In this document: positions 1-13,400 of the stretch, piece after piece
Layout: every line of letters begins with the position of its first letter
Position numbering within the stretch: position 1 is the first letter of the stretch
Assembly (NCBI RefSeq): GCF_026210795.1
Contig: NC_089429.1
Coordinates: forward strand, 2,666,001 to 2,730,000
Direction: 5' to 3'
Source of the DNA: Rhizophagus irregularis
Lineage: Eukaryota
DNA: 64,000 nucleotides
Program-made: the position numbers and the translations under genes
Notes under the pieces: model-generated
Databases searched by the model: none
What the model saw: only the letters and a program-made list of their open reading frames with translations
What the model was told of the DNA's origin: nothing

Positions 1-2649
1 CACGATTAGAACGTGACATAAATAAAGAGAGTAAGAATTGAATAGCATTTTGAGGCAAACGTAAACGTTGAAAAGCAAAACGCAACATAGATAAATCAGG
101 ACCCCGGATATCTCCAAAACAGGTCATAAGTCACACTTTCGGCAGATTGGCCTATTTTTCAGGAGGCTCAAAAAATCGTTTTTTGTAAATATCTCGGCAT
201 CCAGTGGTCCAATTTTGATGAACTTTTTTATAAATTGTAGAGCTAAATGAGGGCTACAAAGTAAAAAAAAGTTCATTAAAATTGAATTACTGGATGCTGA
301 GATATTTACAAAAAACGATTTTTTGAGTTTCAGCAAAAAGGGGTGTTTTTGGCCAAAAGTCCATTATGACCTTTATATTAGATATCCGGGGTCCTGATAA
401 ATCCACAGAATCAAATGCTTTTGAAATGTCTTGAGAAAGAATCCATAAGGGTTGTTTAGTAACTACCGAATCATGGATGATGGATTCCAGAGTAATAATA
501 GGATCACGGCAGGACCCTCCAGGTAAACCTGCAAAATTACCGCCTTAGAGAACATGGTGAGAGGCAAGCAAAGGAGCGAGACGATTGTAAAAAAGTTTAA
601 CCAAAGCCTTACGAATCACCTCCAGTAAAGTGATAGGACGTGTATTTTTAAGTTGGCATTTCCATTCATGCGGTTTAGGAATAGGAAAAACAGTAGCTTG
701 TCTCCATAAATCAGGGATATTTGCTTCTGATAAACAAGCACAAATTAAGTTGAAAAGCAAGGTAGAAGCAGAAGGGCCTAGGTGTTTTAACATCTCGTAC
801 GAGATCATAGAAGGACCTGGGGTTTTATCGTTAGGCATGAATGAAATTGTTGAGTACCATTCATCAAGGGTAGGAGGATCCATTAGTGAATCAAAAATAG
901 CTGGAGAAACATCAGCAAGTGGTGTATAAGTTTTAGACCATCGATCAGGCAAATCCTGTATGGAAGAAGGAGGAGTAGAAGTAATTGGAACAAAATTTTG
1001 AAAATGATCAATAACTTCTTGATCAATAGCATCTGGAAAAGTTAATAAAGTAGGGTGTGTTGGATGATCAATAAAAACACGGTTAAGAACTATTCGTCGT
1101 CTGGTTCGTGACAAAGAAGACTCAATAAAAGTGGAAATATCATTGGTAAAGTTATCATTCCGAGCATCAATCTTTGCCTGAATAGAGGAAGCTTGGAATT
1201 CTTTTCTTTAAGCAAAAGTAGGCTTCGCAAAAGCAGAGTCATATTCTCTATTATTTGAAGTAAGTTAACAAAATCATCAATTCTTGCATCTCGAAGAAGG
1301 GGAGGAAGGATAATAGGTGTAACAAATGTTTGTTTATAAAGGGATAAAAGATTATTAAGACGTATATAATATGAGGACCATTTGGTTTCATGATGAATAG
1401 AATATGATGTAGGAGTCTTATGAAGGGAACGGATAGTCTTAGCCACGTTAGACAAAAATCTATAAGACTGGCATAAACTTTCCAAGTCTTTAGGCTTTTT
1501 TGGAACATAGGTGTTGTCCACAGTAACTGAGGGTAAGGCGGAATTAGCAGCCTTGATAATCCTAGAATAAAGATATTCACACTTCTGATTGAGAGGCCAA
1601 GCGTCAAAAATAAGTGGATCAATTGGACATAATTTATCCAAATCATCAGCAAAGACAGTCCACTGTTCAGTAGAAATAGAATCATATTTAAAAACACGTC
1701 GAGTATTGCGACCAAGTTGACGAGCTCGTGCAGATTTAATAGCATCTGATAATAATGAAACATCAAAATATGTAATAATAGGGTTATGGTCAGAAATGTG
1801 TAAATCATGAGCATCAAAAATAGAAGCTGTTAACATATATTGGCGAAGAAGTGGACAAGACCAAACAAAGTCAATACGGGTAATAGTATCCAAATGATGA
1901 TAAGTACCTAAGGTACCGGATAAATTAAGGGGGGTGCAATCCTCATAATTATGAGAAAGCAAATAGTGAAACAATTTGTGAATTCGTTTAGCAGCAACCT
2001 GAGGTTGATGCAAAAAAATAGGGTAATATTTCTCTAAATTCATATTAAAATCACCGCAAATAGCATGGTGAAAGTTTTGTGAAGAAGTTTGGAAAATAAG
2101 AGAAATTAATTGATCAATGACTTCGTAACGAAGAACAAGATCATTTGTAGAGGAGATATAGACAACAAATATACGCAATTTAACATTGCCTTTAAAAAAT
2201 AAGTCTACAGAAAGAATTCGAGAAAAATGGGATTGATAAAATTGAACATGCGTAGCTAAAGAGCTATGTATAAACAAAGAAACACCACCAGAGGAATGGC
2301 CGTGTTTGGTAGAATCCAAATCAGAATGAAAAGAAGTATAATCACAAACACGCTTAGATAAAAATTTCATTTGTTTAGGTGATAAATGAGTATCAACAAT
2401 GCCACCAAAGGAGATGTGATTACGAGAAAAAAAGGAAGAAATTTGGTCCATTTTAAAGGAACCTTGACCAGAAGTTTTAAGACCATTAACATTAAAGGAA
2501 GAAATGTTAAAAGAATTGGGGATGGGGGAAGTAGAAGAAGAGGGAGAAAATAATGTATCAGATATAGGATCATTAAAAATATCACTAAAATCAACGGGGT
2601 TGGGGGGATTTTGCACAAAGGTATCATGATCTATATTATTGTCCATCAT
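1..2649 (-). pseudogene. LINE-A ORF2 (AP endonuclease + reverse transcriptase), disrupted
   Basis: ORFs 1090-2649 and 545-1114 are separated by a frameshift; in-frame stop at 545; MITE inserted at 97-396. Confidence 0.92.
97..396. mobile_element. 300-bp MITE, CAGG family 1, 6-bp TSD, inserted in LINE-A RT
   Basis: TIR CAGGACCCCGGATATCT...AGATATCCGGGGTCCTG; TSD ATAAAT at 91-96 and 397-402; LINE-B shows the empty site. Confidence 0.95.
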
Positions 2650-2697
2650 TATTACACTATGATAAGAATTACGGGGTGAAAGGGGAAGGATAACAAA

Positions 2698-4840
2698 TTA
2701 ATCAGACGAAGTCATATTGACTAAGTCCGAGGAAGAGCCACCAGAAATGGAGCTAATAAATCTTTCAATAGAACCGGATAAGTGATCGAATTTGTTATCT
2801 AAAGATCGTTGAAAGGAATAAATTTCAGCACGTTCTTTATTAATAGTAACTTCATCAGCAGTTTCGGGAATGGGGGAGGAGGAAATGGTGGAGAGGGAAA
2901 TAGGAACCATTGGGAGAGGGAGAATCGGGCCGGAAAGAGGCTTATTCGAGGCGGGCAGATTGGATTGTGTTAGATAAGGAGGGTGCGTTGGTGATTGTCA
3001 ACAAGCATATGTGAAAAATCATTGGGATCAGGTGGAAGAACATCGTCTTGCATATGTCCAAAAACACGAAGTTCCAGCCGAGACATTCTTTGATCAGCTA
3101 ATTCAAGAGCATGAATTCTAGCACGTACACTAGTCATATCTTCTTGAAGGCTTTTGAGCACCGAAAGGATCTCTTGAATTTGGGAACAACTAGGATCCAC
3201 CAAGGGAGGTTTATGGCCAGATGAGTTGGAAGTAGAGGTACTATTACGTTGAGAAGTGGAAAAGGAAACAGAACGGTCTTTGCCTTTACGCTCATTAGAT
3301 CGAGGTCGTTGTGCAGACTGGGTAGAATTATTGGAGTTAAGAGAATTGGGTGAAGAAGTATTATTGGTATTATTATTATTCCGACCAGTACTACTGGCAG
3401 AACGGTTACGTTGTCGAGAGTTAGAACGATCTTTAGATTGAGAACGAGAACGGTGTCTACTGCGATTAGCAGAAGAGTTATGGTTATTTGATTGTCCAAT
3501 ATTGAAACGTTTTTTTAAATGTGCAACAGGGTTACGGATGCATAAGCGACCTCGAGAATTGTTCAATGGGCATGCAGTAGGAGCGCAGCCCAGTTTGCCG
3601 CATCTATGGCAACAGCTTGTTTGTATTCTCTGGGAGTTCCCATTGGAGCCTATGACCTTGCAGGGCGATTGATTGTTCCATTGCAGTGTTCATCATTTGT
3701 TGTGATTTAAAATTGATGTAAGCCCATCGTTTAGGTTTGTAGGAATTAAGAGATAAGGGGATATTAACAGCCATAGCACCAACTGCTTATACCAAGGGCG
3801 CTAAATGCACATTTTTTGTGTTAGGAGGAAGCTGAGATAAAACAGCAACGAATTCACGTCGCGATTTCTTTTGATCAAGAGTAAGGGAGCACGGTGTAAT
3901 ACGTAAACAAGTAGAATAACAATAGATCGCCCACTGTTTATCCATAAAATGTTGGATGGAGGAGACATCATCATAAACGATACGAGCTTGTTGGACTTTA
4001 GCATTAGCACGTGTATGAAGGCGACAGGATTGTATGTTACCATACTTTTTGAAAAGAGCAGTAATATCATCTTTCTTGATGAAGAACGGGATGTCGGTAA
4101 CTTGGATAGCTCGAAGATCTTCATCGGTTCGGAGTTGCTGTGGGTCATGTAGGAAAAATCTGAGATCGGCAAAATCATCATGTCGGAGAGAAAGGCAGGC
4201 GTCACGTTCGGTGGTCGAGTTAAAATGAATAACCAATCTTTTGAAGTCGAGAGCCAGGGACATGCGGGCGCGGCCGATGTAGGAGTGATAAGTTTCCAAA
4301 GGAGATTATTGACGGCGTCAATCGCTAGCCGATTGGTAGGATATTTTTACAAATTCAGGGGAAATATTAGGCGCCGCAGCAGCTGATAATCACGCCTAAG
4401 AATGGAAATAGTGGGCGTGTCGGGGAGGAGAAGTATCATTGGTATCCATAATATCCTTGATTAGACGCATCTAAGGGGGAAGTTTCTTTGTCTTTTGGAG
4501 CATGCATGGACGCGTCAGTACCAGATGCGACAGAACCAGACGCAGAAGGCGCAGTAGTATCTATGGGAGGAGGAGACGTAAAATTGTCAGCATTATTTTG
4601 TTGAGGAGGAGTAGTATTGCTACTTAGCGTCGCTCTGAAGTCGGCGACGTAATCTTCTTCTATGGGATTTTCTGGGAGCGTACGGGTACGTTTGAAAGGG
4701 TTGTTTTTATTGTTTGTTTGTTCATTATCAGAGTTCGAAATGTCAGAGCTAGAGTCTTTATTTTTGTTTCGTTTGTCTTATCGCTTGGCAGGTCCCCCGT
4801 TAGGGTTATTGCCAGCTTTTTTATTACCTTTGGGAGGCAT
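2698..4840 (-). pseudogene. LINE-A ORF1 (RRM-like domains, Cx2Cx4Cx4C knuckle, SR-rich tract, coiled coil), frameshifted
   Basis: ATG at 4840 (MPPKG). Fragments 3787-4299 (IQVTDIP...LFKKYGNI), 2970-3566 (RSRHRSRSQS) and 2698-2910. Confidence 0.88.
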
Positions 4841-4941
4841 ATTGATAGTAAAATAAGAGATGTGTTAATATGAAGAATAAAAATTTCTTCTGCGAAATTT
4901 TTGACCAAGGATCTACAAGAAAGAGTTGGCAGATTGGGATC

Positions 4942-5177
4942 AAGTAACACTTTTGGTAAATTGGCCCATTTTTCAGGGGTTCAAAAAATTATTTTTTATA
5001 AATATCTCGGCATCCAGTAGGCCAATTTTGATGAACTTTTTTTTAAATTGTAAAGCTAAATGAAGGCTACAAAATAAAAAAAGTTCATTAAAATTGAATC
5101 ACTGGATGCTGAGATATTCACAAAAAACGATTTTTTGAGTTTTAGCAAAAAGGGGTGTTTTGGCCAAAAGTCCATTA
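4942..5177. mobile_element. Central part of a CAGG family 1 MITE split by two LINE insertions; right TIR resumes at 13946-13987
   Basis: Aligns to the interior of the 97-396 MITE. The missing right 30 bp (TGACCTTTATATTAGATATCCAGGATCCTT) appear directly after LINE-B. Confidence 0.95.
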
Positions 5178-5280
5178 GGATCCCGATCTGCCAACTCTTT
5201 CTTGTAGATCCTTGGTCAAAAAATTTCGCGGAAGAAATTTTTACTCTTCGTATCAATACATCTCTTATTTTACTATTAAA

Positions 5281-7436
5281 ATGCCTCTCAAAAGTAACAA
5301 AAAAGCTAGCAATAACCTTAACGGGGGACCTGCCAAGCGACAAGATAAATGAAACAAAAATAAAGACTCTGGTTCTGACGTTTCAAACTCTGATAATGAA
5401 CAAACAAACAATAAAAATAACCCTTCCAAACGTACTCGTACGCTCCCAGAAAATCCTATGGAAGATGACTACGTCGCCGACTCAGCAGTTGATGCTGGAG
5501 GCAGCAATACTACTCCTTCTCAACAAAATAATACTGACAATTTTTCGTCTCCTCCTCCCAAAGATACTACTGCGCCTTCTGCGCCTGATTCTATCGCATC
5601 TGGTACCGACGCGTCCATGCATGCTCCAAATGACAAAGAATCTTCCCTCTTAAACGCGTCTTCTAATAAGGATATTATGGATACCAATGATACTTCTCCT
5701 CTTCCCCTTGATACGCCCACTATTTCCATTCTTAGGCGTGATTATCAGGCTGCTGCAGCGCCTAATACTTCCCCTGAATTTGTCAAAAAATATCCTACCA
5801 ATCGGGCTATGATTGACGCTGTCAATAATCTCCTTTTGGAAACTTATCACTCTTACACTGGCTGTGCTCGCATGTTTGGTTCTGGTGACTTCAAAAGATT
5901 AGTCATTCATTTTAATTCAATCACTAAACGTGATGCTTGCCTTTCTCTCTGACATAATGATCTTGCCGATCTCCAATTTTTCCTACATGACCTACAGCAA
6001 CTCCGAACTGATGAAGATCTCCGGGCTATCCAAGTTACTGATATCCCGTTTTTCATCAAAAAAGATGATATTATTGCTCTTTTCAAAAAGTATGGTAACA
6101 TACAATCCTATCGTTTTCATACGCGTGCAAATGCTAAAGTCCAACAAGCTCATATCGTTTATGATGATGTTTCTTCCATCTGGCATTTTGTTGATAAGCA
6201 GTGGGCGATTTATTGCTACTCCACTTGTTTACGCATTACGCCATATTCCCTCACCCTTGATAAAAAGAAATCATGACGTGAATTCGTTGCTGTTTTATCT
6301 CAACTCCCTCCTAACACAAAAGATGTGCATTTAGCGCCCTTGGTACGAGCAATTGGCGCTATGGCCGTTAATATCCCCCTGTCTCTTAATTCCTACAAAC
6401 CTAAACGATGAGCTTACATCACTTTTAAATCACAACAAATGATGGACACCGCAATGGAACAATCAATCACCCTGCAAGGTCATAGATTCCAATGGGAACT
6501 CCCAGAGAATACAAACAAGCTTTGCCATAGATGCGGCAAACTGGGCTGTGCTCCTGCTGCATGCCCATTGAACAACTCTCGAGGTCGCTTACGCACCCGT
6601 AATCCCATTACACACTTAAAAGAACGCTTCAATATTGGACAATCGAATAACTATAACTCTTCTGCTAATCGCAGTAGACATCGTTCCCGCTCTCAATCCA
6701 AGGATCGTTCTAATTCTCGATAACATAATCATTCAGCCAGTAATACTGGACGGAACAATAATAATACCAATAATACTTTTTCGCACAATCCCTCTAATTC
6801 TAATAATTCTACTCAAACTGCTCAACGATTTTGATCTAATGAGTGTAAAGGCAAAGACCGTTCAGTTTCCTTTTCCACTTCCCAACATAATAGTACCTCT
6901 GCTCACAATTCATCTGGCCACAAACCTCCCTTGGTGGATCTTAATTGTTCCCGAATTCAAGAGATCCTTTGGTGCTTAAAAGCCTTCAAGAAGATATGGC
7001 TAGTGTACGTGCTAGAATTCATGCTCTTGAATTAGCTGATCAGAAGATGTCTCGGCTGGAACTTCCTGTTTTTGGACATATGCAAGACGATGTTCTCCCA
7101 CCTGACCCTAATGATTCTTCACATATGCTTGTTGATAACCACCAAAGCACCCCTCCTTATATAACACAATCTAACCCGTCCACCTCGAACAGGTCCTTTT
7201 CTGGCCTGATTTTCCCTTCCCCAATGGTTCCTGTTCCCCGTTCCACTATTTCCTTCTCCTCCATTCCCGAAACTGCCGATGAAGCTACTATTAATAAAGA
7301 ACATGCTGAAATTTATTCCTTTCAACGATCTTTAGATAACAAATTCGATCACTTATCCGGCTCTATTGAAAGATTTATTAGCTTCATTTCTGGTAGCTCT
7401 CCCTCGGACTTAGTCAATAAGACTTCGTTTGATTAA
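5281..7436 (+). pseudogene. LINE-B ORF1, several premature stops and a frameshift
   Basis: ATG 5281; fragments 5458-5952, 6439-6723 (CHRCGKLGCAPAAC) and 6945-7436; TGA at codons where copy A has CGA or TGG. Confidence 0.88.
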
Positions 7437-7484
7437 TTTGTTATCCTCCCCCTTTCACCCCATAGTTTTTATCATAGTGTAATA

Positions 7485-10400
7485 ATGATGAACGATAATA
7501 TAGATTATGATACCTTTATGCGAAATCCCCCCAACCCCGTTGATTTTAGTGATATTTTTAATGATCCTTTATCTGATACATTATTTTCTTCTTCTTCTTC
7601 TACCTCCCCCATCCCCAATTCTTTTAACATTTCTTCTTTTAATGTTAATGGTCTTAAGACTTCTGGTCAAGGTTCGTTTAAAATGGACCAACTTTCTTCC
7701 TTCTTTTTACAAAATCATATCTCCTTTGGCGATATTGTTGATACTCATCTATCGCCTAAACAAATGAAATTTTTGTCTAAACGAGTTTGTGATTATACTT
7801 CTTTTCATTCTAATTTAGATTCTACTAAATATAGCCGTTCTTCTGGTAGTGTTTCTTTATTTATACACAACTCTTTAGCTACCCATGTTCAATTTTATCA
7901 ATCTCATTCTTCACGAATTCTTTCTGTAGACTTATTTTTTAAAGGCAATGTTAAATTGCGTATATTTGTAGTCTATATTCCCCTACAAATGACTTTGTTC
8001 TTCGTTATAAAGTCATTGATCAATTAATTTCTCTTATTTCTCAAACTTCTTCACAAAATTTTCACCATGCTATTTGCAGTGATTTTAATATGAATTTGGA
8101 GAAGTTTTACCCCATATTTTTACATCAACCTCAGGTTGCTGTTAAAAGAATCCATAAACTATTTCATTATTTGCTTTCTCATAATTATGAGGATTGTACC
8201 CCTCTTAATTTATCCAGTACCTTAGGTATTTATCACCACTTGAACACTATTACCCGCATTGACTTTGTTTGGTCTTGCCCGCTTCTTCATCATTATATGT
8301 TAACATTAACCATTTTTGATGCCTATGATATACACATTTCTGACCACAATCCTATTATCACCTATTTTGATGCCTCTTTACTGTCAGATGCTATTAAATC
8401 TGCTCGTGCTCGTCAACTTGGCCGTAATACTCAACGCGTCTTTAAATATGATTCTATTTCTACTGAACAGTGGACTGCTTTTGCTAATGATTTGGATGCG
8501 TTATGTCCAATTGATCCACTTGTCTTTGATGCTTGGCCTCTTAACCAGAAGTGTGAATATCTCCATTCTAGGATTATTAAAGTCGCAAAATCCAATTTAC
8601 CCTCAGTTACTGTGAGCAATACTTATACTCCGAAGAAGCCTATCACAGGTCAAAAAGTGAAAAATCAGGCACCAATCGGTTACCAATCAGGTAGCTGATT
8701 GGTAACTAATTGGTAACCGATTGGTGACTGATTGGCATTTTTGCCAAATACCGTCACCAATCAGACAGTTTACTAACTTTTGATCTAGTGATCAGAAAAA
8801 GATGAAATATAGCTCATTGGAATCGTCTTAACATGACGAATCTAATGGTAGTAAAATCGAATTTCTAGGATTAATACTTGATGAGAAATTAAGTAAAATA
8901 TAAAAATAAAAATGTATCATTTATATTTTATTTAATTTTTTATTAACTATTAATCCTAGAGATGTGATTTTACTACCATTAGATTCGTCTTATTGAGACG
9001 ATTCCAATGAGCTATATTTCATTCTTTTCTGATCACTGGATCAAAAGTTAGCAAACTGCCTGATTGGTGACGGTATTTGGCAAAAATGCCAATCAGTCAC
9101 CAATCGGTTACCAATCAGGTACCTGATTGGTGACCGATTGGCGACTGATTGATGCCTGATTTTTCACTTTTCAACCTGTACTAAGGATCTGGAAAGTTTA
9201 TGCCAGTCTTACCGATTTTTGTCTAAAGTGGCTAAGACTATCTGTTCCCTTCATAAAAATCCTATTTTATATTCTGTTAGTTTTGAAACCAAATGGTCTT
9301 TTTTTTATATACGTCTTAATAATCTCCTTTTTGTTTATAAACAAATTTTTGTTATCTTTATTGTTCTTCTTTCTTCTCTTCATGATGAACGAATTGATGA
9401 TTTTGCTAATTTACTTCAAACGTTAGAGAACATGACTTTGCTTTTGCGGAGCCTACTTTTGCTTAAAGAAAAGGAATTCCAAGCTTCCTCTATTCAGGCA
9501 AAAATTGATGCTCGGAATGATAACTTCACCAATGATATCTCCACTTTTATTGAATCTGCCTTGTCACAAGCCAGACAACGAATCGTTCTTGATCGTGTCT
9601 TTATTGATCATCTAACACACCTTACTTTATTAACCTCTCCAGATGCCATTGATCAAGAAGTTATTGAACATTTTCAAAACTTTGTTCCAATTACCTCTAC
9701 TCCTCTTTCTTCCATACAGGATTTGCCTGAACGATGGTATAATGCATATGCGCCACTTGCTGATGTCTCTCCAGCTATTTTTGATTCGACATGGATCATC
9801 CCTCCCTACGCTTGATAGAATAGGTCATGACAATTTCCTCCATGCACAATGATAAAGTGCAGACCCTCTATGATCTCGTATGAGATGTTAAAACACCTAG
9901 GTCCTTCTGCTTCTGCTCTGCTTTTCAACTTAATTTGCGCCTGTTTATCAGACGCAAATATCCCCTGATTTATGGAGACAAGCTACTGTCTTTCCTATTC
10001 CCAAACCGCATGAATGGAAATGCCAACTTAAAAATACACGTCCTATTACTTTATTAGAGGTAATTCGTAAGGCCTTGGTTAAGCTCTTTTACAATCGTCT
10101 CGCTCCTTTACTTGCCTCCCACCATGTTCTCCAAGGAGGTAATTTCGCAAGTTTACCAAGAGGTTCCTGCCGTGATCTTATAATTACTCTGGAATCTATT
10201 ATCCATGACTCAGTAGTCACCAAACAACCCTTATGGATCCTCTCTCAAGACATTTCAAAAGCGTTTGATTCTGTTGATTTATCCATGTTGAGTCTTGCTC
10301 TCCAACATTTACATCTGCCACAAAATGCTATTCAATTCTTACTTTCTTTGTTTATGTTCCGTTCTAACCGTGTCATTACTGCACATGGCCCTACTCCACC

Positions 10401-13400
10401 ATATAGAGTTAGAATTGGGATTGACCAAGGTGAAGTTATCTCTCCGCTCTTATGGGTTATTTATTTAGACCTTCTGCTCACAGCTCTCAAAAATGAGAAG
10501 AAAGACTCTTATCGTTTGGTTTCTCCAATGGCTTCTGATACTGTTTCATCAAACTCTTGTTCTCTGGATGTTTTGGAAATTAATAATTTGGTGTTTATGG
10601 ATGATTCTACTTTGATTTCTTCTTTTAAAGAGGGAATGGAACATATGTTGTCTATCACTGAAGAATTTTATCGTTTGAACAATACTTCAGCCAACCATAA
10701 TAAATATGTTTTAGCCACCAATGCAGTTGCTGCTTCTCGAGATTTATCTCCTATTGCCTTTAATTTGAGGACTTCATCACTCAACATTATGTCCAATATT
10801 ACTGTTACTCCTATCCCTATGTCCTCATCTTTCCGTTTTTTGGGCGTTTGGTTTAATATTAACGGCTCTAGGAATTTTATCTGACAGCAACTCAAACGAG
10901 AATGTAATTCTTTCTCTGCAATTCTCCGCCCTGCGAAATTGACTGTTCAACAAGTGGTATATCTTTATAATACTGTTTTAATCCCGAAATTGGATTATTG
11001 AATGCAAGTCACGCATTTATCTGAGATTAAATGTTCTACTATTACTTCTTCAGTTCGTGCCTTAGTTAAACACAAGGCCAAATTATCACGTTCTATTCCT
11101 AATGTGGTGTCATATTTAACACAAGCCTTGGGTTTGATCAATTTATTTTCGTTTCAACAACAAAGTCATTTTACTAATTTATTTTTGTTAGCAAATTCTT
11201 CTTCTGTTTTTATGAAATCACTTTTTAATTATAGGTTGCGATTTATTCAATTTTATTGTTTAATTCCTATTTCTCCTTTGATGGTTTTGGATTGGACTTG
11301 TTGGTCTTCTCTTATAATTTTTAAACAAGATTATATCGCTAATACTTTAGCTTCATTGCTCTCAACTCCCTTCCGTCTGTCACGCGCTAATTTATCACTT
11401 GTGCCTGATTTAACTTATCCTAATGGCCATACTCCCATTTATCAATGTCTTTCTTTGGATGTATTCAAGGCCAATTTAACAAGACTTCGAAAACATGGCC
11501 TTTTTTACCTTTCGCAACTTTTGACACCTCAGGGAACACATTTACTCTCTTGGTCTGTCATATATGCTAACTCTATTCAAAAGCGTGGTAATGCCCGTCT
11601 TCCCAATTGGTATAAAAATCTTTCTGCCAACGTCACGATTCCAGATAAACCTGGTTTATTGAAAGATCGATTTATGACTGAACAACGACCTGTGAGCCAG
11701 ATTGCAAAAGAACTTGCTCTTTGTATTCCTCCTTCTGGTTATAAGAAGAATTGGATTGTCACGATGAATGATGATGGCTTCCCTATATTCGGTAAACAGA
11801 TTCAAATCCAACCTAAGTATTTTACTTGTACTATTGTACATTGGATTTCAGACTGCTTATCTCGTCCGAGCGACTTTATTACTTTACAACCCTGTCCTGG
11901 CTGCATCTTGAATATAAACAAATCCTCTTATATAAAAAAATCGGTTGCTACCAGTTCTGTGTCTTGCTCCTATTCGGTCTCTCTTCGTCGGTCATGGATT
12001 TTGCCTATGAAGAAATCATCTATTATGAATCACACATTCAGCTTGATTGCTACGGTGTCATGGACAGAAATCATGGATTTTGTTACTTCAATTTGCAATC
12101 CTTCAGTTCGCTTAGCGTTTGTTGCTGATATTCCCAATATTTTCCTTGATACTGTTGACATGGCTTTGCCTACTCCACATTTACTTATGGCTGGCGATGT
12201 TGCTGCATTATCATTGGTCGTGTTTTCTCCAGACTCACATTATACCTTTTACACTGATGGTTCTCTTATTAATTTAGGAACTAGTGATGCCTCTATGGGA
12301 TGGGATTGGGTTCAAATTGTTAAAGATTCTGGCTTTCATAATTCCATTGCCACTTATAAGCGGGGTATTATTCATGATTGGCCTTTCTCTTCTCAAGCCG
12401 AAGCTGCTGCTATTTATGCTGCCTTATCAGCTTCTCCTGCCAACTCAGTTGTTCATATTTATACAGATTCACAGTCTTCCATCGAGGGTTTGAAACATTG
12501 TTTTTTATCTGATTATTCAGTTTCTCGTCTTTATTATAAGACTACCAATTTTGAACTTTGGGCCATCATTCAACAACTGATTGTGGATAAACAACTTTCG
12601 GTTTTGCCTTTCAAAGTTAAAGCTCACTTTAATTTTTATTGGATTGACTTCACTGATTCTCTTGCCAATACTGCCCATACATCTGACGACACTGTTCTCA
12701 TCTTCCATCTCGATCTCGCCACGGTTCATGATTATATTATGCTTTATGATGACGTGGTCTGTGAATCCAACCCAAGACATCTGTTTAAACAATATCACCA
12801 GATGTTGTATATGAAAGACCTCTTAGCTCTTTCTCGCTTCCATTTTATTTCTCTCTTAACGGATCCATCTCGATACATGATTGATTGGGCTCTTACCTAG
12901 CATACATTAATGTTCCAACCTAAATTTGATAATTCTTTCACCAAGGAGAATGTCTCTAGACATCACACGTTAAAATTTCAACTTTTTCTGGAAGACCTAC
13001 CCACTTTGGAATCACTGAAAAGGACACGACCTGATTTATATGTGGAGATTTTAACCTGTCGCTCTTGTGAAGATCATTTTGAAGATTTTATGCATTTATT
13101 TTTATGCAAAAAGTGTCGTGTTAAATTACACCAAATTTTAACATCCTACCTCCACCACCTTATTCAAAAACTTAAAGAAGCGGGTGATAATGCCAATTGT
13201 GATTATTCTTCTCTAGTTGATAGAATTACTTCCCTCCCTTGTTGGACTTTCTCATCTAGTAATTGGTCCTCCTATAGTCTGGTTCGTGGCTGTTTGCCTA
13301 CCGCCTTTCTAGAAGTTTTTGAAAACTTAGGTATTCCTCGCCTTGCTGCTATGAATGTGGTTGCTGCCATACATAACAATTTTGTCAACAAATTCCGTAA

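Larger units (their letters stand above)
1..4941 (-). mobile_element. LINE copy A (APE-RT non-LTR retrotransposon); 5' end intact, 3' part runs off the window
   Basis: Reverse complement is collinear with copy B from the same first bases (GATCCCAATCTGCCAACTC vs GATCCCGATCTGCCAACTC). APE motifs (SFNVNG, GDFN, RIDFVW, SDHNP) and RT N-terminal motifs (PGPS, RPITLL). Confidence 0.95.

Noticed and set aside
124..336. Small ORFs inside MITEs (also 5056-5343, 53989-54246, 57995-58325, 62496-62777, 62974-63174)
   Set aside because: They lie within palindromic non-coding repeats and show no domain signal.
2500..7600. Head-to-head LINEs as one giant palindrome or assembly artefact
   Set aside because: The copies differ by many substitutions and indels and carry different nested MITEs; LINE-B has its own TSD.
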